Below, piece after piece: positions 8,348 to 15,892 of a stretch of DNA of 28,038 bases. This DNA is from Methanotrichaceae archaeon (GTDB taxonomy: Archaea > Halobacteriota > Methanosarcinia > Methanotrichales > Methanotrichaceae): NCBI GenBank assembly GCA_963754945.1, contig CAVWIG010000049.1:1-28038 (forward strand), in the 5' to 3' direction. The notes below the pieces were generated by a model that was given only the letters and a program-made list of their open reading frames with translations, was not told where the DNA came from and did no database searches. How positions within the stretch are numbered: the stretch's first letter is position 1; every line of letters begins with the position of its first letter. The translations under genes were made by a program, and so were the position numbers.

Positions 8348-9801
8348 ACGATGATCCTGAGAATTTGGAGGGCTACGAGTGGACTGCTCTCTCTGTCACC
8401 ACCGTGGGAGCTCTGCTCGCCTCGATCCAGGGTTCAGCCCTCATTATTGCCCTGCCAGACATCTTGACCCGTTTGCATACCGATTTCATAACCATCATGT
8501 GGGTGCTCCTGGGCTACCTCCTCATCACCACTGCGGTTGTGCCCGTTGTAGGACGGTTGGCCGATATGTTCGGTCGCAAGAACCTGTACAATGCAGGCTT
8601 CGCTGTCTTCACCCTAGGTTCATTGCTTTGCGCCTTATCTCAACCCCAGTTCCACGGCTGGGACCTGGTAGGCTATCGTCTTATCCAGGGAGTTGGTGGA
8701 GCCTTACTCTTCACCAACAGCGCGGCCATAGTGACAGATGCCTTCCGACATGGTCGCGTTGGACTGGGGCTAGGGGTGAACCAGATTGCCGCAGCGGCTG
8801 GATTCCTGATCGGTCCGGTTGTTGGAGGACTTCTAACAGCCTTCTCCTGGCAATGGGTTTTCTTGGTCAACGTTCCCTTGGGCATTGCTGGAACTGTTTG
8901 GGGAATACTCAGGTTGCGTGAACCGGTCTCTTTGCCTACAAACCAGCACTTTGATTGGCTAGGCAGTCTGACATTCGTCTTTGGCCTGGGATCGCTTCTT
9001 CTGGCCGTATCCCTGGTAGCCTTTCCGCTAATTAGCATTTCATACGTCTACATTCTCTTCGTCTGCGCTGTCGTCGGCCTGGCCGTCTTCTTCGTGGTGG
9101 AGAGGCGCGTTGATCAGCCCATGCTGGACTTCGGACTCTTTAGGGACAGGTTGTTTGCTTATGCATCAGCAGCCAGATTTCTGAATAGCCTTGCCAGAGG
9201 TGCGGTGCTTTTCGTCCTGATCTTTTTCCTTCAGGGTCCTTACAGACTCGACCCGCTAAGCGCTGGGATCATGATGGCCCCTTTCGGTGCGGCTTTCATG
9301 CTGGTCGGGCCGGTATCAGGCCATCTCTCAGATAGGTACGGCTCTAGAGGACTGGCTACAGCTGGCCTGATGGTCTCAGCCATCGGGCTACTGGGCCTGG
9401 CAACAGTGGTAGGCACCACGCCCTACTGGCGGATTGCCCTATACATGATCCTCATGGGTGGGGGCTCGGGCCTTTTCGCTTCTCCCAACACGAACGCCAT
9501 CATGTCCTCGGTTCCCCCAGAAAAGAGGGGTATGGCCTCGGGCACTAACGTCATGCTGATGAACACGGGCAGCATGCTCAGCATAGCCATAGGCTTCCCT
9601 CTAGTGCTCAGCCGCATTCCTGTGGATGTTATGTTCCATGTATTTCTTTATGGAGGCGGCATGAGCGGTACGTCTCTTGCTGACTTCGAAACGGGTATGC
9701 ACGAGGCATTTCTGGTATCGTTCGTCGTAACCCTTGTGGCAGCTATGGTATCCTTCCTGAGGCCTTCTCGGCGATCTGTAGAACATGGAGGACTGGAATA
9801 A
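8344..9801 (+). CDS. MFS transporter, DHA2/14-TMS (copy 2)
   Basis: Same motifs as copy 1. TTG start overlaps the radical SAM stop (TTGA). Confidence 0.92.
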   Translation: MNDDPENLEGYEWTALSVTTVGALLASIQGSALIIALPDILTRLHTDFITIMWVLLGYLLITTAVVPVVGRLADMFGRKNLYNAGFAVFTLGSLLCALSQPQFHGWDLVGYRLIQGVGGALLFTNSAAIVTDAFRHGRVGLGLGVNQIAAAAGFLIGPVVGGLLTAFSWQWVFLVNVPLGIAGTVWGILRLREPVSLPTNQHFDWLGSLTFVFGLGSLLLAVSLVAFPLISISYVYILFVCAVVGLAVFFVVERRVDQPMLDFGLFRDRLFAYASAARFLNSLARGAVLFVLIFFLQGPYRLDPLSAGIMMAPFGAAFMLVGPVSGHLSDRYGSRGLATAGLMVSAIGLLGLATVVGTTPYWRIALYMILMGGGSGLFASPNTNAIMSSVPPEKRGMASGTNVMLMNTGSMLSIAIGFPLVLSRIPVDVMFHVFLYGGGMSGTSLADFETGMHEAFLVSFVVTLVAAMVSFLRPSRRSVEHGGLE

Positions 9802-9803
9802 GC

Positions 9804-11267
9804 ATGAACAATGTTGTTCATCCTCTTATTAAAGAAAGGACAGTTTCCTCCCTGTGTCCCACCTGCCTGAAGGTCATCAATGCCCGTATATTTCAGGAGG
9901 GCGAGGCAGTTATGATCGATAAGCGATGCGAGGAGCATGGCAATTTCAGAGATACATACTGGTCAGACGTAACCCTTTATGAAAGGTTTATGAGATACTG
10001 GATTGACGGATCAGGCATCGATGGTTCATCCCAGGCTCGTCAAGGCTGCCCATTCGATTGCGGCATATGCGAGAACCACAAAACAGGAACCCTGCTGGGG
10101 AACATCGATGTTACCAGCAGGTGCAACCTGTCCTGCCCGGTCTGTTTTGCCGATGCAGGTAATAGTGCAGACGAGCCGACAATGGACCAGCTCAGGACTA
10201 TGATGCAGATCCTGAGGGATCAGAGGCCAGTTCCCTGCTCCGCAATCCAGTTCTCCGGCGGCGAGCCTACCATGAGAGATGACCTGCCGGAGATTGTGGC
10301 ACTGGCAAGAAAATTGGGCTTCTTTCAGATTCAACTAGCAACCAATGGTATTAAGCTCGCCAGCAGGCCAAATCTCTGCAGGGACTTAGTGCGAAATGGG
10401 CTCACAACCATCTACCTTCAGTTCGATGGAGTCACGCCAGAGCCCTACGAGACATTGCGAGGCGGTGACCTCTTGCCGATGAAATACCAGGCCATCGAGA
10501 ACCTGAGAGCAGCAAAACAAATGAGCATAGTGTTGGTTCCTACTCTGGCAAAGGGCGTAAATGACGGCCAGATAGGTGATATCGTGAAATTCGCCTTCAG
10601 CAACTCGGACGTGGTAAAGGGCGTGAACTTCCAGCCTATCTCCTTTGCGGGAAGGATCGATCAGGTGGAAAGGGCAAAGAAGAGGATTACCATACCGGAC
10701 ATTCTCGCACTGCTGGAGGATCAGACGGATAACGAAATAACCAGAGACGACTTCTACCCTGTTCCTTTTGTAGCACCTATATCAAGACTCATAGCCGCTG
10801 AGACCGGCGTGCTCCAGCCTTCTCTGACCGTTCACCCTTGCTGCGGTGCAGGTACATACGTTTACCGTGTCAACGGCCGTATGATTCCTATTACCAGGTT
10901 TGTAGATGTCGAGGGGCTCATGGAGAGCATCAAAGAGGCAGTCCAGGATTATGATGGATCAAGGGTGGGCAGGCTGAGGATGAACGGCATGATCCTTAAA
11001 GAGATGCGGAAATTCATAGATGAGTCGAGAATGCCTGGCAGTCTGAACCTCACCGCACTGCTCCTGAGCGTCTTCAGGAATGGGACTTGGGAATCCCTGG
11101 CCGAGTTCCATAATAATAGCCTCTTTCTCGGCATAATGCACTTCCAGGACTTGTATAACATGGACCTGGAGAGATTGCAGAGGTGCGGAATTCACTACGT
11201 CCTGCCGGACGGCAGGATAGTACCCTTTTGCTCCTACAACACTGTTCATCGCTGTTCGATCATCTAA
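9804..11267 (+). CDS. tes: Tetraether lipid synthase Tes (GDGT-MAS, MJ0619 family radical SAM)
   Basis: Rubredoxin-like SLCPTC...CEEHG, auxiliary CPFDCGICENH, radical SAM CNLSCPVC, then YLQFDG, LVPTLAKGVND, NFQPISFAGR, DFYPVP, HPCCG, MHFQDLYN and RCGIHY...DGRIVPFCSYN. Colinear with the MJ0619 sequence as I recall it. Confidence 0.9.
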   Translation: MNNVVHPLIKERTVSSLCPTCLKVINARIFQEGEAVMIDKRCEEHGNFRDTYWSDVTLYERFMRYWIDGSGIDGSSQARQGCPFDCGICENHKTGTLLGNIDVTSRCNLSCPVCFADAGNSADEPTMDQLRTMMQILRDQRPVPCSAIQFSGGEPTMRDDLPEIVALARKLGFFQIQLATNGIKLASRPNLCRDLVRNGLTTIYLQFDGVTPEPYETLRGGDLLPMKYQAIENLRAAKQMSIVLVPTLAKGVNDGQIGDIVKFAFSNSDVVKGVNFQPISFAGRIDQVERAKKRITIPDILALLEDQTDNEITRDDFYPVPFVAPISRLIAAETGVLQPSLTVHPCCGAGTYVYRVNGRMIPITRFVDVEGLMESIKEAVQDYDGSRVGRLRMNGMILKEMRKFIDESRMPGSLNLTALLLSVFRNGTWESLAEFHNNSLFLGIMHFQDLYNMDLERLQRCGIHYVLPDGRIVPFCSYNTVHRCSII

Positions 11268-11295
11268 TGAATAGAGTAGCATGGGATTGATGTAG

Positions 11296-11645
11296 ATGAT
11301 TATGGCAATGCTTCTCGTTACGCTGGGAATTGTTTGCATCGGATTGACTCTGGCCGGCTTCATGAACAGCCTGGAGTGCTATGGTACCATACCATAATGA
11401 CATTCGTAAACCTGCCTATGTTCTTACTCAGTGGCGCGCCTATTTCCCGTGAATAACCTTCCGTCCCGGCTTAAGGGGTCGTTTACATCAACCCTCTTAC
11501 GTATGATGTAGATGCGCTGAGGGCGGTTATACTCAGCAATGCATATGTTTCGCCCTTCACAATCCAAGTCGATGTGCTATTCCTTCTTATCTTCGATGTT
11601 GTCATGATACTGGTAGGAACTTATGAGCTCAGCCTCCGTAAATAA
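11296..11645 (+). pseudogene. ABC-2 type permease C-terminal remnant
   Basis: MIMAMLLVTLGIVCIGLTLAGFMNSLE / IMTFVNLPMFLLSGA / LFPVNNLP / YINPLTYDVDALRAVIL...GTYELSLRK*. LSGAxFP and NPLTYxVDALR are ABC-2 motifs. Contains a 5-bp ACCAT duplication and further frameshifts. Confidence 0.85.
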
Positions 11646-11650
11646 TCTAA

Positions 11651-13060
11651 CTGTACTTTCCAAGTTTCTCCTTTATTTATATTTTCTAAATTATATCAAA
11701 TTATATTTTCAATCCCATGCTTCTGAGTATATAAAGCAATCCGCCTTCCGGTACGGGTATATTAAAATACATCAGCACATATTCAAATGTTTCACCTAAT
11801 GCTTGCATTTTTACTAGGTCGATCATGTCGCCCATAGTTCTTGGATTTGAACCGTCCCCAGATGGCGGATTGTCTATTTCCCATAAGAGAATCGCAGTCC
11901 ATACTGAGAAGACTAGCTGAATAAATCTTTCAATTGATTGTTTTTCTCTTAATTGGTAACCTTTGAATCCTAATTTTTGATTTGTCTCTCTGTGGGCCGT
12001 CTCGATATCCCATCTATCCTCGTAAATTGAGAGTATTTCTTTCGACGAAAGCGATTCATTAGTGCTTATAAAATATTTTGTAGTGCTCTCCTTTTTTCTC
12101 TTTGAGACTACAAGTTTAACTTCGCCTACCTTGTCTATGACTACCTTCTTTTCAAATGCATAGTAGGTCTTCTTTTTGCCCCGAACACTAATAGTTGTCT
12201 TAATAAAATACTTATCCTCAATTTGGTTTGCTAAGTCTCTAACCTGAAAACACATGTCCTTATTTATCCTGATTTTCTTATCAGATTTGATTTGGCAGAC
12301 TATATTATGCCCTAATTTGAGACACTTGTTAAAGAGATCAGAAGAAAACCACCAGCTATCGAAAACGATATAAAGGTCCATGCTTTTTGGTACTTCTAAT
12401 GGTTCAATGATCTCGTCCAAGGCAATCTCCATTTTTGTTCTAAAATTCTCATTTTCGTCATCATTCTTGATATACATCTTAGCTTTATGTGGTATGAATA
12501 ATCCTTTGGATTGGATAACAGAGGTAACAAAATTGTTACCCCAAATGTAGGTTTCTTTACTATGATCATAAAATTTTCCTACACCTTCCGTTTGAGTTCC
12601 TTCCTTCTCATTGTATGTGTCATCAATTATTAACAACATTCTATCATTTTCTTTTAAACATAATTTCTCAATAAAAAGGTCCACTTTGCGTTGAGCAACT
12701 TCATCCTCGTCCCAATTCGCATCGCTAAAGAACCAATTGTACGAAGAGCGTGCTTTTTTTCCTTTCCTACATTCGGCCATAGTATCACAAAGGTTGGAAA
12801 CGGTCTTGGATTTATCACACACGCTTAACGCTCCACACAAATCTCGAAACGATCCATAACTCGGTTTCGTAAAAAGATCCTGAAATTCATTCAAGAACGG
12901 CTCTAATTGCAATGGTACCTTTATTATTTTGATCATTCTACTCCCAAAAGAGAGAATTTGATCCTAGTATAAAACCCTTACTTTTTATTTTTTTTATTAA
13001 ATTTATATTCTAATTTAATCTGATGATATTATAAATATACGAAAAAGTTGGAAAGTACAG
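11651..13060 (-). mobile_element. Complete 1410-bp IS, IS701-like DDE family
   Basis: Terminal inverted repeats CTGTACTTTCCAAGTTTCTC (11651) and GAAAAAGTTGGAAAGTACAG (ends 13060), 18/20 match. Direct repeat TAATCTAA at 11643-11650 and 13061-13068. Confidence 0.92.
11701..12936 (-). CDS. DDE transposase (IS701-like)
   Basis: LIIDDT, VFDSWW and YEDRWDIETAHR (Y-2-R-3-E signature). Enclosed by terminal inverted repeats. Confidence 0.9.
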   Translation of the reverse strand: MIKIIKVPLQLEPFLNEFQDLFTKPSYGSFRDLCGALSVCDKSKTVSNLCDTMAECRKGKKARSSYNWFFSDANWDEDEVAQRKVDLFIEKLCLKENDRMLLIIDDTYNEKEGTQTEGVGKFYDHSKETYIWGNNFVTSVIQSKGLFIPHKAKMYIKNDDENENFRTKMEIALDEIIEPLEVPKSMDLYIVFDSWWFSSDLFNKCLKLGHNIVCQIKSDKKIRINKDMCFQVRDLANQIEDKYFIKTTISVRGKKKTYYAFEKKVVIDKVGEVKLVVSKRKKESTTKYFISTNESLSSKEILSIYEDRWDIETAHRETNQKLGFKGYQLREKQSIERFIQLVFSVWTAILLWEIDNPPSGDGSNPRTMGDMIDLVKMQALGETFEYVLMYFNIPVPEGGLLYILRSMGLKI

Positions 13061-13202
13061 TAATCTAAATGAAATAAAATAATATCCTAATCCGCCAGCT
13101 CTTGCGTGTAGAATTCTTTCCCCAACAGGTCCATTCAAGAGAACGAGTGCGTCTATGAGCACAAAAAGTATTAAGTTTGATCTCACAATATAAAGTGATT
13201 TT

Positions 13203-13796
13203 ATGTCACAGGACTTGGTTATCGATAAAAGTAAGACCGCCCTTGTAGTTATTGATCTACAAAAGGGCGTTACAGCTCTGCCGAGCAGGCCACACACTGC
13301 CCAAGAAGTAATTGCAAATGCGGCCGAGTTGGTGAATGCATTTAGAAAGAACAACATGCCTGTATTCCTTGTGCACGTGCAAATGACAAACGAAACGATG
13401 CTGAATGTCATAAGCGACCAGACATTCTCTAGACCTCAACCAGCTTCTTCAGACTGGACTGAGTTCGTTCCGGAGCTTACACCTACTCCATCGGATGTAG
13501 TGATTACAAAGAGGCAGTGGGGAGCTTTTTATGGAACAGATCTAGATTTGCAGCTGAGAAGGAGGAAAATAGACACAATAGTGCTATGCGGAATATCAAC
13601 TGACTTCGGTGTGGAGAGTACCGCGAGATTCGCCTATGAGTATGGCTATCAGCAGATTTTTGCAGAGGATGCGATGGCCTCAAGGTCGGATGAGCAGCAT
13701 AATGCAGCAATCAACTTCATATTCAAGAGAATAGGCAGGGTTAGGAAAACTGACGAAATATTGGAGGTTATAAACGGGTTCAGCAACAGTTCTTGA
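13203..13796 (+). CDS. Isochorismatase/cysteine-hydrolase family protein (YecD-like)
   Basis: ALVVIDLQKG, KRQWGAFYGTDL and GISTDFGVESTAR. Confidence 0.92.
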   Translation: MSQDLVIDKSKTALVVIDLQKGVTALPSRPHTAQEVIANAAELVNAFRKNNMPVFLVHVQMTNETMLNVISDQTFSRPQPASSDWTEFVPELTPTPSDVVITKRQWGAFYGTDLDLQLRRRKIDTIVLCGISTDFGVESTARFAYEYGYQQIFAEDAMASRSDEQHNAAINFIFKRIGRVRKTDEILEVINGFSNSS

Positions 13797-13943
13797 AAAA
13801 TTAAGTATTTTTTATCAAACTATGAACAAGAACTAAATCGCCGATGACAAAAATTTGCCAGTAAACTGGGCTGGTTCCGTCCCACAAGCACTATTCAGAT
13901 CGATTTATATCTATATTAAGTCCCAAGTTGCAGAGTATTTATT

Positions 13944-14194
13944 ACATTGGGAGCGCGGAGGGTCACGAATACCCCGACCTTCAGGTCGGGGATGAAGTGA
14001 ACCCTCGCACATTTTTTGTGCTCTCTTAAATCGATAAACCATTGCTTCTGGAAACCAAAAGCAGAGGTTCAATTGCGCAGACCAAGGGGATCTAGGCAAC
14101 TAAGACTTGACGATTTCTGAAATCCGGAAAAAACGAGCGTGCGGCCCGAAGCATACCCCGTCCTTTAGGGCGGGGTGGCCGCACGCAGTTTGAT
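13944..14194 (+). mobile_element. Non-autonomous IS200/IS605 derivative (PATE-like) A
   Basis: Hairpins CCCCGACC-TTCA-GGTCGGGG+ATGAA (13972-13996) and ACCCCGTCC-TTTA-GGGCGGGGT (14155-14176) resemble the left and right hairpins of the tnpB element at 25322-26584. No ORF between them. Boundaries approximate. Confidence 0.65.
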
Positions 14195-14200
14195 TTTAAA

Positions 14201-14344
14201 GTCAACGTTGCGTCGGCGGACCCCGCTGCAAGCAGCGGGGCATGTTCCCGCCGACGCATAAAAATGCTCTACAAAATCTGAAGCATCCTTAAGTTGGAGT
14301 TACATGCTCTTTATCCCAGCCGCAGCAAGCTGCGGGGTATTGCG
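14201..14344 (-). mobile_element. Non-autonomous IS200/IS605 derivative (PATE-like) B
   Basis: Hairpins CCCCGCTGC-AA-GCAGCGGGG (14221-14240, inside the outer stem TGCGTCGGCGG/CCGCCGACGCA) and CCGCAGC-AA-GCTGCGG (about 14319-14334). One end recurs at 838-873. Confidence 0.65.
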
Positions 14345-14370
14345 TTTTAAAATAAAAATAGTTCTAGTCC

Positions 14371-14514
14371 CTACTTCTTCCCGGATGAGGATGTGTAGCA
14401 GGTGTCTAGCAGGGAACTCTTCCTTACAATCCGCGGGTCACCAGGCTTAATTGGCTCTACCGAGGCGGCCTTCTCCTCTGTTTTCTCTTCTTTCTTAGGT
14501 TCGTGATGGGTCAT
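14371..14514 (-). CDS. 47-aa hypothetical small protein (not in the ORF track)
   Basis: MTHHEPKKEEKTEEKAASVEPIKPGDPRIVRKSSLLDTCYTSSSGKK*. Archaeal-type RBS GGTGA 6 nt before the ATG and an AT-rich TATA-like element (ATATAATAAA) about 35-45 nt upstream. Confidence 0.6.
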   Translation of the reverse strand: MTHHEPKKEEKTEEKAASVEPIKPGDPRIVRKSSLLDTCYTSSSGKK

Positions 14515-14698
14515 AACACTTCACCGTATCTACTTCTGCGCTGATGTTTATTATATCTTACGGTGAACAATACAAGAATTTTAAGCTATCCGAACCTAGA
14601 CTCCAAAGGAAAACCGTGCAAAGATAACAGCAAGACAGGACCAAAGAGGTGAAATATCGCTTCTCGCAGCCTTTTTTCGTATAACAGTTCGTGAATCT

Positions 14699-15892
14699 TC
14701 ACAGAGTGGTTGGCGAACCCGGGACACGGTTCTGAGGGCTCTTCTCCAGGATGCAGGTAGGGTCCTCGCCCAGCATGTCGCCAAGAAAGTGAAACGCCTT
14801 CTGCCTGCACCCTCCACACAGGTCCAGGTACTCGCAGCCCCCGCAGGCCCCTTTGAGGTTGTTCCTCATCTCACGAAGCGCCTTCAACTCTTCGACCGGG
14901 TTATCTATCCAGATATCGCGGAAGCTGCGCTCACGAACATTGCCTACAACCACCTGAGGCATGAAGTGACAGGGATGGACATCTCCACGATGGTTAATGT
15001 TGGCCACTTTCGATCCCGTCGAGCAGCCTCCAGCATTTGTCAGCAGCTGGCGAACTGTCTCACGCCTGGGGTCGTCCTTCAACAGCTCCAGTAGATAGGC
15101 TCCATCCATTGGTGAGTCAGTGGTCAGTATCTCGATCTCCTGGTCCTTCAGCTCCACGGCTGCTTCCGCCAACAGCTTGATCACGCTTCTGCGCTGCTCA
15201 GGTGTGACATCCTTCTCAGCAATCCCGGCCCCGCGTCCAGTAGGCACCAGATGGTACAGACAGAACCGGGGGATGTCCTCCTTCAGGGCCAGGTCAAGAA
15301 GTGCAGGTATCTCAAACCAGTTATCTCTGGTCAATGTGACCCGTAGCCCGGTCTTAAGGCCCGCCTCACGAGCGTTGCGGATGCCCTGCAAGGCTCTAGC
15401 ATGGGCTCCCTTGACCCCTCGAAACTTGTCGTGCGACTCTGGCCTAGCAGAATCCAAGCTGACACCGACGTACCTGATCTTCGCCTCGGCCAGAAGCCTG
15501 GCTACCTCAGGAGTGATTTGTGTACCGTTAGTGGATAAGGCCGTCCCCAGACCGGCTTCACGGGCGTGAAAGGCATAGGCATAAAAATTCTTGCTGAGGA
15601 GGGGCTCACCGCCGGTGAAGATCAGTACTGGAACCTTCATTTCTGCAAGGTCGTCAATTAGCCGAACTCCTTCTTCCAGACCAAGTTCGTCTCGGGCTTC
15701 GTCCTGAGCGTCCAGATAGCAGTGATCACAAGAAAGGTTGCATTTCCTGGTCAGGTTCCACATGATTACAGGCCGAGCCATTCCAGAGAACCTGGCCAAG
15801 TCGGGAGGCAGGTTTTCACAGGTCTCCGATGATGCCCTCAGAGCTTTCCAGACTGTGGCCTGGTCGGCGAGGGCCTTGGAGAATATTATCAT
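14699..15892 (-). CDS. ahbC: Radical SAM/SPASM protein, AhbC/NirJ1-like (Fe-coproporphyrin synthase of the alternative heme pathway)
   Basis: LPPDLARFSG.ARPVIMWNLTRKCNLSCDHCY, YVGVSLD, RFCLYHLVPTGRG and SPASM cysteines. Start overlaps the cobA/hemD stop. Confidence 0.75.
   Translation of the reverse strand: MIIFSKALADQATVWKALRASSETCENLPPDLARFSGMARPVIMWNLTRKCNLSCDHCYLDAQDEARDELGLEEGVRLIDDLAEMKVPVLIFTGGEPLLSKNFYAYAFHAREAGLGTALSTNGTQITPEVARLLAEAKIRYVGVSLDSARPESHDKFRGVKGAHARALQGIRNAREAGLKTGLRVTLTRDNWFEIPALLDLALKEDIPRFCLYHLVPTGRGAGIAEKDVTPEQRRSVIKLLAEAAVELKDQEIEILTTDSPMDGAYLLELLKDDPRRETVRQLLTNAGGCSTGSKVANINHRGDVHPCHFMPQVVVGNVRERSFRDIWIDNPVEELKALREMRNNLKGACGGCEYLDLCGGCRQKAFHFLGDMLGEDPTCILEKSPQNRVPGSPTTL

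Noticed and set aside
13950-14344. CRISPR array or tRNA/structural RNA gene
   Set aside because: The hairpins differ in sequence and spacing and resemble IS200/IS605 ends. There are no identical repeats with regular spacers and no cloverleaf.
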